Origin: Felis catus
Lineage: Eukaryota
Assembly (NCBI RefSeq): GCF_018350175.1
Contig: NC_058368.1
Span: forward strand, 28,212,001-28,276,000
Length of the DNA stretch: 64,000 nucleotides
Direction: 5' to 3'
Shown here: positions 25,551-38,790 of the stretch, piece after piece
How the letters are laid out: every line of letters begins with the position of its first letter
Numbering within the stretch: position 1 is the stretch's first letter
Position numbers and translations under genes: made by a program
Notes under the pieces: generated by a model
What the model saw: only the letters and a program-made list of their open reading frames with translations
Databases searched by the model: none
What the model was told of the DNA's origin: nothing

Positions 25551-25772
25551 TCTTTTTTTTTTTTTTTTTAACGTTTATTTATTTTTGAGACAGCGAGAGA
25601 CGGAGCATGAACGGGGGAAGGGCAGAGAGAGAGGGAGACACAGAATCGGAAGCAGGCTCCAGGCTCTGAGCCATCAGCCCAGAGCCCGACGCGGGGCTCG
25701 AACTCACGGACTGCGAGATCGTGACCTGAGCTGAAGTCGGACGCTTAACCGACTGAGCCACCCAGGCACCCC
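25551..25772 (-). mobile_element. SINEC (young)
   Basis: TSD tgttagacttt. Confidence 0.95.
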
Positions 25773-26168
25773 TGTTAGACTTTATTTCTTACAGAAAGTG
25801 TTTTCTGGTTCCTCCAATGTGTTCCTAACCCCTGCTGCATTTCCCCTCCCACACCGTTTACCACACGGCATTGTAATTGCTTATTAAATTGCCCCCACAA
25901 TTAGACCAGAGCATTGCAGATGAGAAACTACACACATAACATAAGGTTAAGCTGACTTTCGTCCTGGCTGTACACTTGATTAGCTGTGTGATATTGGATG
26001 AGATTCTTAACCTGTAATGTCTAAGCTTCCATTTCTTCAGGAATAATAATTTGTACCTAACTTTAGGGAGTTGCCAACTGATAACATGGCAACGCTGGCA
26101 TGTGCCTGAAAAGGGTTCTGGAAATGCTGAAAAGGTAGGCTGTTATAATTGTATTCCCAGTTGTTACA

Positions 26169-26362
26169 ATTTTTTTTAAGTTTATTTATTTTGAGGAGGT
26201 GGGGAGCAGGGGAAGAAAGGGAGGGAGAAAGAGAATCCCAAGCAGGCTCTGCATTGTCAGCACGGAGTCCAATGCAGGGCTCAAACTCACCAACTGTGAG
26301 ATCATGACCTGAGCTGAAACCAAGAGTCGGATGCTTAACCGATGGAGCCACCCAGGCGCCCC
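26169..26362 (-). mobile_element. SINEC
   Basis: TSD cagttgttacaatttt. Confidence 0.93.
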
Positions 26363-26606
26363 CAGTTGTTACAATTTTATTCTAGGTTCCATAAAGGCTT
26401 TCATTCACTTGCTCTTAATTGTGAAAACTCATTATTTGTTGCATTTTAAGGGTCACGATAAGGTTTCCATACACTCTACACTCCAATGTTCATTAAATAA
26501 GTAAATGAAAAAATGAAAGGTTTATTCCTGAGACTCGGACAGACCAGGGAACACTGTGTCACAGCTCCACTAATTCTGCATTTCTGAACTAATCTGTATT
26601 AGGAAT

Positions 26607-26643
<37 letters not shown>

Positions 26644-27248
26644 CATATATATGGACAATATGTAAAACTGGTCAAGTTCCTACTCAGGAAATAGTCCATG
26701 ACTTAAATAGTTCAATAAAATAGCAACTGCCCCTTCAAAATACAGCCTAAATCCTTAGTTAACTTCAAATTTAGATCCACTCATCAGTGGTCACAAGTCT
26801 AGAAAAGCCATCATAGAATACAGACTGTGATCCATAGTTTTCCTGCCTCACAGCACATCTTACAATCATCTTCCTGTATTCTGCCTCTGCTTATGCTCTC
26901 ACTTCCCAGAGTTTTTATCTTGTCATATTATTTACGAGCCCGACCTATAAATACACTGAAATGGGGAACATTCATTGGTTTGGTACAATTTAAATTGCTT
27001 TTCAGCATCATATATATTTACAACGTCTTATAAATATTTAAAATTATCATGACAATGGCTCCACTGACTCAAAATAAATTCTGTATTTTGTATAGGGATG
27101 ATTGCCAAGTTGATAACCTAGAAAATTGGAAAACCCCGTCAAACTTGGTGACCTGTCAGTCCCAAAGGAATATTTTTCTAATTACTGGAAGCCTGAGCAT
27201 TGACTGTCTTAGAAGTTGATCTTAATAGATAAACAATCTGAATTTTAC

Positions 27249-27349
27249 CTCTTTGGAAGAAGATAAGTAAAAGAAATACTTTCTGCTGAAGAATTTGCTC
27301 ATTGGACTGTATTGCTTTTAAAAGCCAGAAAGTTTTCAGTTCTTTGACA
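27249..27349 (-). pseudogene. Dynein pseudo-exon (DHC_N2)
   Basis: CQRTENFLAFK ~ CQKSLTGYLEKK; GTAAAA donor; acceptor mutated. Confidence 0.55.
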
Positions 27350-27541
27350 GTGTGTAAAGAAAAAAAAATCACAAAATCATGAAGTGACTGCCATGCTTGG
27401 GAATGGAGAGTTCTAGGCATGACGGGGAGAGGAACAGATGTGTGAGGGCACACAAGCAAAGAATGCTGCAGAGGCATCATGGGAGCCCTTGGGAAAGACC
27501 CTTGAATGCCACCTAAGGAGTTTGGAATTCATGCCACAGGG

Positions 27542-27724
27542 CAGTGGTTCTCCAAGCGTGACCCCTGAAACCCAGCAGGTATCAATATCACTTGGGAGCT
27601 TATTAGAAATGCAAATTCTCAGCCAGACCTATGGAACCAGAAACGTAGAGACTGGGGCACAGTAATCTATGTTTCCATAAGCCCTCCAGGTGACTCTGAT
27701 ACATACTGAGTTTGAGAAGCTCTG
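27542..27724. mobile_element. MER5A MITE
   Basis: cagtggttctcc...gaaatgcaaattctc...aagccctccaggtgactctgat...gtttgagaagctctg. Confidence 0.85.
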
Positions 27725-27834
27725 CCATATGGAAGTTTCTATCGTACTTGAATGATAGGAGCGGGTCTGGGCATGCTGCTGGCAATGTGAAAAATGGAAT
27801 TTTTCCATTGTATTGATTTCCAAAGTATTGGGTC

Positions 27835-28047
27835 TTTTTTTTTTTTTACTTTTTTGGAAAAATTTTATTTATTTTATTTTTGAGAGAAGGTGGGGGATGG
27901 ACAGAGAGGGAGGGAGAGAGATGGAATCCTAAGCAGGCTCTGCACACTGTCAGCACAGAGCCCTATGTAGGGCTCGAACCATGAGATCATGACCTGAGCT
28001 GAAATCCAGAGTCAGACGCTTAACCAACCTAGCCATCCAGGCACCTG
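27835..28047 (-). mobile_element. SINEC inserted in pseudo-exon
   Basis: TSD aaagtattgg(g/t)tc at 27822-27834 and 28048-28060. Confidence 0.93.
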
Positions 28048-28435
28048 AAAGTATTGGTTCAGTAGGGAGTTTTGCACTCAATCTTTTTCTAAGACTTTTG
28101 CGAGTCTAAGATACAATCAATATTAGTCATAGTATTATTTTACTTTCCTCTAGAACGAAAAATTCTACCAATTAAATGATAACACAGTGTCCTTTGTCAC
28201 TTGGAATTTTTATTTTATACTTCTGGAAAGGGCTCTTTTATACTGATACTGACAGATTTTTATCACTTATCACCCCTGTCCGTATATAAAAAGGAAAATA
28301 CAAGCTCAATAATTTGGTTAAGGTATTCTTAGCACTTTTTCCCATTCAGAGTCTGACTTTTCTGAAACACTGCTCCACTCAAAAGCTATGTGGAGTGTTA
28401 ATGATGCAGCATCTTTTAAGAATGTTCCCCCTTAT

Positions 28436-28550
28436 TGCTTCTGGGGTTTCCAAGTGACTAGAGCCCATTCTGCAAGTTTGGATGCATGTGCACAGGCTGT
28501 GCTTTTGACCTCATGATTGCTGCCTGGCCACAGAAACTCGGAGATGCATC
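28436..28550 (-). pseudogene. Dynein pseudo-exon (DHC_N2)
   Basis: Open frame ASKLAEWALVTWKPQK ~ QYLSNSTDIIESWMTVQN; donor mutated to ATAAGG. Confidence 0.55.
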
Positions 28551-28761
28551 CTGATTTGAGAAATGTTGAATGAGAAAGTGGTATGCATGCTAAAATAGAT
28601 GAATTCCCAAGGAGAGCTAATCCAGGCTTCAGTGAGGGCAGTAGCAGGAATAATAGGAAGGAGTAGACAGAGACAAAGAACAGTTGAGAGATGGATTCTG
28701 AAGGAGCGCGATCAGTTACGTAGATGTTGGAGGAGAGGAGAGGCAGATGACTCTGAAGTTT

Positions 28762-28975
28762 CTTTATTTTATTTTGTTTATTTATTTTTGAGAGAGAGAG
28801 TGTGTATATGTGTGTGCGCACACACGGGGAGAGGTAGAGAGAGTGAGACAGAGGATCCAAAGCGGGCTCCATGCTGACAGCAGCAAGCCCAATATGGGGC
28901 TCAAACTCATGAACCACGAGATCATGACCTGAGTTGAAGTCGGATGCCTAAGCGACTGAGCCACCTAGGCGCCCT
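28762..28975 (-). mobile_element. SINEC within an L2 remnant
   Basis: TSD tgactctgaagtttct. Confidence 0.93.
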
Positions 28976-29293
28976 GACTCTGAAGTTTCTAATCTGAGTA
29001 ACTAAATGGATGGCGTGCCCTTAACCAATACAAGAAATTCAATAGAAAGAGTGGGTTTTAAGAAAAGAAGGGAAGAAGTGAATGAGAGCAAAAGACATTT
29101 AGTTTCAAACTTTTTGAATTTGGGGATCTTGAGGAATATCCAGGTAGAGATGACTGGGAGGCACATGTGAATGCAAATCTATAAGTCAAGATGGAGAGAC
29201 TGGGGGGGAAGGAGTCATGATTAAAGATGCATAATTTTTAACCAAAACATGTAATTGAAAGCACGGGAATGAGTACTATTTTCCAAGGAAAGT

Positions 29294-29770
29294 ACAGTAG
29301 TCTCCCTTTATCCACAGGGGATATATTCCAAGACCCCCAGTGGATGCCTGAAACCACAGAGAATACTGAACTCTATACATACATATATGCTATGTTCTTT
29401 CCTATACATACTTACTTACAATAAAGTTTAATTTACAGCTTAGGCACAACAATAACTAATAATAAAATGGGACAATTGTAACAGTATACTGTAAGAAGGG
29501 TTATGTGAATGTGGTCTCTCTCTCTCTCTCTCTCTCTCCCCCTCTCTCTAAATATCTTGTTGTACCATAACTCACTTTTCTTGTGATGATGTGAGATGAT
29601 AAAATGACCAGACGAGGTGAGGTGAATGATGTAGGCACTGGGATGTAGCCTTAAGTGACTACTGAGCTAGTGATACATCAGGAAAAGGATCATCTGCTTC
29701 CAAACTATAGTTTACCACAGAGAGCTGAAACCACCGGAAAGCAAAACCACGGATAAGGGGGGACTGTTGT
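29294..29770. mobile_element. MER44/Tigger7-type MITE
   Basis: TIRs cagtagtctccctttatcc...ggataaggggggactgttg, TA-flanked. Confidence 0.8.
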
Positions 29771-30607
29771 ATACAAAATATTTGAAGAAAGTTGGTGATA
29801 GAACAAAAACAAAATTGAAGAAGTGACTAGAATTAGAAAGGACTAGAAATTGTTAGATTATGTTTACATATCTTGTGAGCTCATCAAAGACAAAAGCTGT
29901 CTTGTTAATCTCTTGAGTCCCCAGGGCAATGCTTAGCCCAGTAATTTTGGTTGAACTAACATGGAAATGGTGGCTCAAAAGCCAAAAAAAGGTGAACATT
30001 TTAAGAAGGAGGAAGTGGTCGGTAATACCAATTGTTACAGTTGATCATTTTAGGTCAAAGGGCCACTGGATTTAGCAAATCTAGTTTAAGTTGCACCACT
30101 ATCAGGAGGCCCAGAAACTTGAACAGACAAGGCCAAGGCCAACAGCTGGCTGATGAGTGAGTCAGAGGCAGGACTCTGGACTCTGAACTCTTGTCCAGGG
30201 GCTGTTTCTTCTACACTGAGCTTTTTCTCTTAGAGGACGGTTATGCCCACTGCTAGTAAACCCCTGGATTCAAGCAACTTCAGACAGGCTCAAATCCACC
30301 CATAAAAACTAACTCCACTAACATGGCCACATCACTCTACAGAGCAGGAGAAGAGAGCTCTAGAGAACAGAGCAAGTCTAGAGTCAGACAGGCACTCCAG
30401 GACTTGCGTTAACATCTGTACATTGCCTGAGCTTCCCCATAAGAGAAAAGATTCATATGACTTGAATCTCTGGGTCATATCTTGAGCCAGAACTTTCTCT
30501 AATTCTTGTTACTTATAACAAGGCAGGAAAAGATGCTACAAGCAGGTGGGGAAAAAAAAAAAAACTTCTCTGCTGTGATATGGGGTCATTAAACAGGAAG
30601 CTTATAT

Positions 30608-30984
30608 CAGTTTCTATACGTAGATGAGGAAAATTTGAATTCAGTGAAGTCAAAAGAAAGATCCTGACATCATCTTCTTTAATGATAATGAAGTGATATT
30701 GCTATTCACACAGCTGATGACATCCGGAGAAAATGAGTGACTTCTCAAGAGCAGTGAGTGATTCTCAAACATCAGAGCACCCCACAATTACCTGGGGAGA
30801 TATCCCCTTCAGAGACTCTGGGGTAGCCTAAATGGCCTCAGCCATTAAAGTTCAAAATTCTCTGGAAATTTATTCCAAGAGAAATGGTAAACATGACATT
30901 TTCCACATTTTAAAACTCAAAGGTTTCAAAGATCCAGCTCCACAACTCATTTCCCTCTTTGCGATCCTTGCGGAGCCAGAGGGT
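30608..30984 (-). pseudogene. Two dynein pseudo-exons (DHC_N2)
   Basis: 30792-30984 NELWSWIFETFEF ~ INEWDNKTFTF; 30608-30724 EDDVRIFLLTSLNSNFPHLR ~ [20 protein letters not shown]. Confidence 0.55.
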
Positions 30985-31252
30985 CTGTAGGATGAGACAC
31001 TTGTGGTCACAACCCCTGTGGCTTCAGTGTTTTCATCAATAAAGACATGTACAGCAGCTCAGAGATTTCCAGAAGCCCCCATCTGGCAGAGATGACTAAT
31101 GGGGCTTTCCCACTGACATCCTAGCAAAGGTGCCAGAAGTATATTGGTTCCAGATCACAGCCCTAATAGGGCAGTTCCTCCAGGGACATTGCCCTGATGT
31201 ATGACCTGTCTTCCTTTGACAGCCTACATGCCCCCCACACTGTGCTACCGAC

Positions 31253-31332
31253 CTATCCACAGTGGTGGCCCCAGAAATGCATATCTGATCTGCTCTTCTC
31301 AACTGACTCCTTCATAGCAAAGGTCAGCCTCC
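31253..31332 (-). pseudogene. Dynein pseudo-exon (DHC_N2)
   Basis: ADQICISGA ~ IEDICISAV; AG/GT. Confidence 0.65.
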
Positions 31333-31574
31333 CTGTAAACAATAGGGCAGCTTTTCTTCCACTATGCAGGTCACAATTGTCACTCACTTTTTTATACCAT
31401 GGCCACCAAAATTAAAGGCAGAGATGGTCTAGCTAGAATCCTAATCAATTCAAGGGTTCCAAGGGGGTGCAAAGGCAGGTGAAACTCATGCAGTTATTAT
31501 TGGCCAGTTGCTGAGAATCATCAAAGGCTTTTTTAATAAAGGAGAGGCAAGAAATTGAGTAATGGCTGACTTAT

Positions 31575-31750
31575 TCACTGAAGGCCCTATCCCGTCAGAA
31601 CTCGTCAAAACATGTTGAGCTACAAAATACAGAATACATTTACTCAAAGCCCACCTTCACAAAGATAGGCAAGATCTCAAACTAGAGATAAAGCCCATGT
31701 TACCATTGATATAATCCTAGTCCATTAATAATTGCTTTCTTCCCCTTCAG
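31575..31750 (-). pseudogene. Two degraded dynein pseudo-exons (start of DHC_N2)
   Basis: FEILPIFVK ~ FSECCPLLEY (31655-31750); RVLTG*GL ~ TTLTGHSL (31575-31619). Confidence 0.5.
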
Positions 31751-32249
31751 TATGTGAAGAAAAGATGAACCAACAGCCTTAATGAGAAGTAGGTATTGTA
31801 CTATTAACTGAGTGGACTTGGAAAAGCCTTGTAACCTGTCTGGACTTCAGTTTCCTCATCAGCGAAACAAGGAGCTTCACTTACAGAATCGCTAAGGTCC
31901 CTTCCACCTCTGAAGTTCTGGGTCTGTAACAGGGAACACTGGCTATTGATGAGTTTCGAAGACATGAAGCACGGTGAGGTATGCCTTAGAATATCAAAAT
32001 AATTAATCTTTCAACAAAGACAAGAACACAAGTAAGCATGTAGAAGCAGGAACAGAATTTGAAGAATCGTAAGGGCACCAGAGGTCCTGGAACACCACAT
32101 CCAGATGTGAGGTCTATGTCTCCAAGGAGGCCAAACTGTATTTTCTAACTAGCATCTGGCAGAATGGAAGCCCTACTGGACATTAAAAGGGTTGCTATAT
32201 GAACAAAATAAGTTCTTTTACCACAGGATGCCTCAGAGCCCTTCCTGCA

Positions 32250-32445
32250 CCTGTTTAATAGAACTTTCTGCAATGAGGAAAATGTTCTATATATGCACTT
32301 CCCAATATGGCAGCCACTGGCCACACGTGGCTATGAAGCACTTGAAATGTAGCTAGTATGACTGAGGAGCTAAATTTTTTATTTTACTAAAAATTAGTTT
32401 CTAATTGAGTAGCCACATAGGGCTACTATGTGTGCATAAGACAGC
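32250..32445. mobile_element. MER3/MER33-type MITE
   Basis: aatagaactttctgcaatga...gccactggccacacgtggctat...cacttgaaatgt. Confidence 0.8.
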
Positions 32446-33199
32446 ATAGCTTACACCGTGCTCATTCACAGCATTAACCCTAAGAGGAAGACCACGCATG
32501 CAGCATTTCCCAAACTTGTTGATCCATGGAGCTCTGTTTTCAGAGGACTGAAATTCCTTGCAAAACGATTTGGGAAGTCTATGAGCCATCTTGCTGAGTA
32601 ATTGAAACCCCAAGAGAGCTCTTAAGCTTCGACCTTCTAACTAACCCTCAAGCGCATCAGTCACCACCCGGTGACAGACCAGGATGTCCTCTGTTCTCTA
32701 CGTGTCGTAATGTCACCCCACAATGCGATCATATCACAACTTGCCAAGTCCTGACAGACACACGTTGCCTCCCAGTACAGATCCAGTCAGTGGGGTGCTA
32801 CCTGCTGTTCCTTTCCTCCAGGTTGCTACCAGCTTTGAATCTGGCCCTGCACCGTTACATACACTGGGATGCATCATTATTTCAACAACCCGGTAAGATA
32901 AGTGGTATTCCTTTTATAGGTGAGAAATTGGGGCTCAGACAGACGCAAGGACTTTCGTATTTAAATTATGCCTCATCAAACATTCTAACAATATTATTCT
33001 GAGTTGACCTTTTCCTCAAAATGTCCAGAGCCCATTAAAAAAGGTGTTGAATGAACACATTCCAAAATACCAAAAAAATCATACACACCTGAGAAGAGCA
33101 GTTTGTTTTACAGGGTTTGCTCGTATGCACCTTGGGAATCGTGATAAATGCAAGAAATACTTAATAATCATGGCATAAAAGGCCGACGTGATTATTTAC

Positions 33200-33282
33200 C
33201 AACATGTATAATCCGCAGCCTCCAAGAAAGCCTCCACTGGACCTGGAATGATCATGTACTTCTCAACTGAAAATCCACATTG
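33200..33282 (-). pseudogene. Dynein pseudo-exon (tail)
   Basis: EKYMIIPGPVEAFLEAADY ~ [22 protein letters not shown]/GT. Confidence 0.72.
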
Positions 33283-33374
33283 CTGTGTAAATAAACAGTT
33301 ACAAATTTCATTTGCCCAATTATTTCTCCCCTCCTGAGTATGTGATCAATTTGGTGCTTCTAAGTGCCATTTAC

Positions 33375-33508
33375 TCAGACCGCAAGAGTGCACACAACTG
33401 CTCATTTTTGCATCTAATTCAGGCTTGGCTCCTCAAGTGGTAGCATGTGGGCCAAAGTCCTTGAATCAATTTGTCGTCACATCAGATATGAGTGCCTTTG
33501 ACTTTGAC
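33375..33508 (-). pseudogene. Dynein pseudo-exon (tail)
   Basis: ALISDV...FKDFGP...GAKPELDAKM ~ VFLQDC...YDLNGP..GLKPQEASDRL; AG/GT. Confidence 0.72.
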
Positions 33509-34721
33509 CTACACAATTATGGAAATCAAGGTTTTTTTCAGTGAAATATTGCTTCTTGAACCATCCTTTGGCCTTGTAGGAAATTGACTGGGGTCTGAAG
33601 TTACACTATGACCCAGAATTCCAAATCCAGGCATTGCCCAGAGAAGACAATGCAGGCCCTGAAGCAGAATGTCAATGAGGTGACCCTCTACAAATTTACG
33701 GGCATGGCCAGCTATTGGCAGGGCTCATTACACTCATTTTGGCTCTCTAGATTAAAATACAATCACTTTCAGTCAGATACATAGTAGTCATTATTTCACC
33801 TGCAATAAATCCTTATACATTTAATATAATATTGGACTTTATTATGACATACTATGAAAACAATTCATACTACAGTTCAGCTTTCATTACAATGTGGCAC
33901 ACAGATATGCCTTTGGGTTCATCCCAATGGTCCTGAGGAACCTAAAGGAAAGGAAAAGTGGGGTTAAAAACTAATGACTGAAGAACAGAGGGTCAGCTGG
34001 AGGGAGATATAAAGGGGTTCAAAGGTGAAGCCTGGGTCATCGGGAAGAAACCTTGAACAAAGGGATCAGGTGCACCGAGAGCCTGGAAAATCTCAGAGCG
34101 AGGAGGATTTAAGCAGCCATCACTCTGAAAGGCATAGTGCAGGAGACAGGGAGGGCTGTGGAAAGGGGTAAAAAGGGGAGACTGAGGGAGAAGAGGAGAA
34201 CAAAACAGCCCCATGCACAAATCCATTCATCCAGCTGCAAAAGCTCAGAAGGTCCTTGGGAGCTGGGGGTGCTTTGGTACACCATTTCTGAGTCTTACCA
34301 CATGAGACACTTATTAATATTGTAGATTCCTGGTCTCCATGACAAAGGCCCAGGAATTTGTATTTTTAACAAGCACCCCTGATGATTCTCATTATAGGCA
34401 AGTTTGGGGAGCCTGCTAGTGGAGAAGGACATGAATTGAAGGCTAACGGGCTAAAGTTTAGATCCTGGCCCATCCACCTGCCAGCTCTGTGAACTTGGGA
34501 GAGACACGTAACTCTCTGAGCCTTGGTTTTCTTGTCTATAAAAAGAAAAAATAAATAAATAAAACAATTATGGTCCATTAAAATCCTGCAAGTATCATGC
34601 CCATTTTACAGATTAGGGAGCCAAGGCCCAAAGCGATTGGTTGAGTGTTTTGCCCAAAGTCACGCTGCTGGTAAATGCAGGATGGTTTCAAACCAGAGGC
34701 CACATGGCTCCAGGTGCCAAG

Positions 34722-34950
34722 CTTTTAAAGAAAAAAATTTTTTAATGTTTCTTTATTTTTGAGAGACAGAGAGAGACAGAGCACGAGCGGGGGTCGGGCA
34801 GAGAGAGACGGAGACACAGAATCTGAAGCAGGTTCCAGGCTCTGAGCTGTCAGCACAGAGTCCAACGCGGGGCTCAAATCCATGAACCATGAGATCATGA
34901 CCTGAGCGGATGTCAGACGCTTAACCGACTGAGCCACCCAGGCGCCCCCA
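34722..34950 (-). mobile_element. SINEC
   Basis: TSD caggtgcca(a/g)gct. Confidence 0.95.
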
Positions 34951-35360
34951 GGTGCCAGGCTCTTAGCCCCAGTGATGTTCTGCCTCTCCTCCCAGAAAGG
35001 AGCACTGCACTGAGAGAGACAGAGGGAAACGCTTTCCAGAGAGGCAATTTATGTTCATTCTCATTCACGTCAGATGATAACTTGATGTTCCGTTTACGTA
35101 AGTCACTCTGTAAACTGGTGAAGTTCACTCAAATTAATTTTTGAATCAAGCTTTTCTTCCTCAAGATTAATAATTTATAAGAATCAAGTCATGGTGCCAC
35201 CTGGGAAATGGCTCAGGCATATTAATGCTCCAACAAACTTCATAGCTAATAATAATACCACAAGTGGTAGAGATGAATATAAATAAGGTACCAAGTGTTC
35301 CCCCCACACACATAATGGACAGCACAGGTGTAGATTTGGGTCTAGGCGAACAGAATTCAC

Positions 35361-35559
35361 CAAAGTGAGACCACCTGCCCAAGTGGGTTTGCTTCTACAC
35401 TGCTTTACACGGGCATATAGTCTCTGCAGCATATTCCTTGGCTGGAAATTTGCATTCTCTTTCAAATCAGGCCTTACTGGCTCATTTCTGAAGACGCTGC
35501 AGTATATATCAAAATGAAGATCTAATCACCCGCTGTTCTGACAGAGAAGATTTATTTTA
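35361..35559 (-). pseudogene. Dynein pseudo-exon (tail)
   Basis: HFDIYCSVFRNEP...RVKQCRSKPTWAGGL ~ CFKRYNHIWQKGK...LEQEINAEPEYVCVGSI; 3' end uncertain. Confidence 0.6.
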
Positions 35560-35919
35560 CTAGGATGTGTGAAATGATTGTTTCTCATTTGTCATCATGC
35601 TCTGCACTCTGAGTTGAAAGGAAGATGCATCCTCAAAGATAGGATCTGACACCAGAAACTAATTCTGAATTTTCTGGTTAAAAAATACATGTATATATAT
35701 TGCAGAAGACAGAGTCTATTGGGGGCAGTTTTTTAAAGCACTACTCAAAGTTCCTAGGACAAACAAATATACAGAGAAGAAAGACAACAGCCAAACTTTG
35801 CGGACAAAAGAATTATAAATTTGTTCAAGCAAAGCAAAGCAGAGATCAATAAAATTATTGAGAAAAAGGGAGGATTCTGTGTGACAACAACAAAGTAAAT
35901 GATTCTAGAGCAGAGCTAA

Positions 35920-36100
35920 GGGGGTGCCTGGGTGGCTCAGTTGGTTGAGCTCAGTTGGTTGACTCCTGATTTTGGTTCAGGTCATTATCTCACAAGATGG
36001 AGTTCCCCATCACACTCTGTGCTGATAGTGTGGAGCCTGCTTGGGATTCTCTTTCTCCCTCTGTCTGACTCTCAAAATAAATAAACCTAAAAAACTTTTT
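35920..36100 (+). mobile_element. SINEC
   Basis: Head with short internal duplication, A-tail. Confidence 0.88.
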
Positions 36101-37535
36101 TTAAATACCCCAAAAACTAAGGGCAGCAGATAGGAACCTATGAGGTAAGATTTAAAGGGCCCTGGTCTTGAGAAGGGCTAATATCTCCCAGCTAGATATT
36201 ATTGCCCTCTTGGCTTCAGGCTATATGCCTCTAGAAGGTATCCTAATGTTTGCCGTTGCTCACGTACTTCTTAGAGAATCCGTCTTCCATCTACTCATGT
36301 GATCTTGTGCCCCTAAGCTGTAGCTGATTGGAGCAGGACTACATATGTGATCTATGGAAAACCAACCCACAGGCTGGGTTGAGCCAGGCTGAATCTTTTC
36401 CTCTAGACTTACAAGACTAAGAGGCACGGAGAAGCTAATTCTTCAGATGGGAGTTGAAAGATAAACTCAGGTAGAGCCAGGATTGGAGGTGGTGAGAGAT
36501 GGTGACATGGCCAGCCAAACTCTATGGGGAAGAGGTTATAAGTAGGGTAGTGTGGAGCTAATCTGAGAAAGAGTAGAGGAATAAAGACAAGTAGAGGAAA
36601 AGACCATGTGCCCTGATAATCCTAGTTCTGGAATTTTCAGGTTGAGCTTCCGTGTTCAGCCTAGACTTTGTTTCTGGCTCATGAGATGGACCATTGTATT
36701 CTTACCCTATATCTCCTTTTTACTTAAGTTGGTCTCATGGGGTTTTATATTCCTTGTCCCCAGAGAAACTTGATTAAGGATAAATAAATGTAGCAGATCT
36801 TGACGCTGGTGGGGAACTTACACCTAGCACCAAAGCCAATTCCTAAATCTTCCCATTTCCCTCAAGGATTATCTGGCCATACTGAACCAAAAGAATGCTT
36901 TCCTTTCATTTCTTCACACTAGCAGATGTTCTGCCTTCCAGAGGTTTTATACCATTCTGCTTAAAATATTTAAAGGAGGCTGTCATGTTCTGGAGCTCTA
37001 GGTAGTGAGTTCTGTGTCATAAGAGATATTCAGAGATATTCAGGCCAAGGTTAATTGATAATCTGGCAGAGATAGGTAGAAGATAAATTCAAACACCAGA
37101 GAGGTGTTTAAACTAGATCAGATTCTAGGATGATTCTGGCCTCTTTAGTCAGGTTGCAAATGCCCAAATCTTCCATCATTTCTCCCATGATACTGTCTTC
37201 ATATTTTTTCACCCTTATCTGAATGTGCCTCATTTACCAATGTCCCCTTAAAGGATCCTAAGAACAGACACACGTGATCTGACGAATGCAGAACATCCTG
37301 GGATCACCACCTCTTTAAACTGCACTCACTTCTGTACTTGCTGCCCAGGAGAGCTCATCCTATTGTGGGCACTAGGCCTCACCAGTAGCTCCAACTGAAC
37401 TTGGGGTCTCCTCCAGTGTTTAAAGTAGTGTCAACTTGGACATAGATTTTGATAGGAGGCTGGGGAAGGAGGCCATCTGTGCAATGGGCTTGCACACCAT
37501 TGCAACCCCACTGGCTTTTGGAAATGCACCATTAC

Positions 37536-37690
37536 CTTGGGAAATAGCATCCAGTAGAGGGGAAGGGAGGTGAGAAACTTCCAGAGGTAAATTTCATTTG
37601 ACAATTTTGCCTCTCTGTGGCCCTGGGAATTCAGGACCATGGAAACAGCCATCCAAAACCTCCAGAAGAAAGTTTTCACCTGCCTTGAAC
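37536..37690 (-). pseudogene. Dynein pseudo-exon (tail)
   Basis: AG/GTAATG; LPSPLLDAISQ ~ VMAPALEDVQQ; one stop. Confidence 0.6.
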
Positions 37691-38399
37691 CTATATAATA
37701 TCAAGAAGCATCCCCCCAACACTTCTCCATATCTACACCTTAAGGTTTACTGTCTGAACGTACTTGGATCCTGAATGTCTCAAGGTTCCACTGTAGAAGC
37801 ATTTTATGATTCAGAATACATAATCAGAGAAAAGGGTGTTTGGCGTGGTGGAATAATGGAATGATGGAAGCTTCCTTCAAGTGAGCTGTGTGCTGCTTCA
37901 CTGCAAAACAGTGATTGGATCCAATTTCCCACTCCTCCTGCCACACACACACACAAAATATTCATACTCATATTTCATATTGTCTCTTTGAGCGTTAGGG
38001 CAGACAAGGAACCTCTGCAGATTTATGATTCCCGTGTTAAACTCAACATATCAACCAGGGATGATTGGCCAAGTAATTGTCTTGAAAATTATCCATGAGG
38101 ATTCTACAAGGGGTCCTTCCTTCACTTCAGCCTTAGGACTTCCTCAAGCCCAGTCGGTTTCCATGTGCACAAATCACAGGTGTACACTCAAAAAATTCCA
38201 AAGAATTGATCTCTTTGGCCGTTCATTCAAAACGAACTCTGCATCTACTACAGGCTTTCCCTCCAAGAACTTACTCTGTAGCCAGGGTCACAAGATGTCT
38301 CTGTACTAAACTGCTCAGTATAACACAATAGTTGGCAATTGACTTGTAAAACCCTAACATATTGTAGCAGCTTAAGGGAGAGGAAAGATAAGGGTTCAC

Positions 38400-38790
38400 C
38401 AGCTACAACCTCCTAAAAACCAGGGCATCTGAGCTGAGTTGCAGAGATTCAATCTAAGAATGAGATCACAGGAGAATGGAGGAGTCTGGCTGCCATTTCG
38501 ACTGCCAGCCTGGAAGGTTGCAGGGAATCGTGATCATCATTGCAAGCCTGAAGAATTATGTCTTGAGTATTCCCGGCAAGTCAATTACAGCATGCAAATT
38601 TTCCGCGGAGTTGACTTCTCGGCTTCGGGAGCCACGCACACGCTCCTTTGGGCTTTTTGCACGAGGAAAACATTGTTGGGAAAGGAGCCTGAGGACCAAC
38701 CACTGGAAAGTGCACTCAATAGCACTTTGGTTGAGATAATTGCTGCGTTTTTTTTTTTTTTAAATTGTAGGCTTCGGAGGTGACCACAGG
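38400..38790 (-). pseudogene. Dynein pseudo-exon(s), degraded
   Basis: LSALSSGWSSGSFPNNV ~ PGLAALTWTSLNIEAYL; boundaries uncertain. Confidence 0.4.

Larger units (their letters stand above)
27513..28105 (-). pseudogene. Dynein pseudo-exon (DHC_N2) interrupted by a SINEC and a MER5A
   Basis: LAKVLEK / RLSAKLPTEPILWKSIQ...PIIQV ~ LEAVF / DIAKQLPKEAKRFSNID...SVVQC after excising insertions. Confidence 0.7.

Noticed and set aside
26853..27195. Small exon-like pieces (YDKIKTLGSE, LSTWQSSL, LPVIRKIF)
   Set aside because: Probably part of the pseudogene, but my motif matches conflict in order, so I did not assign them.
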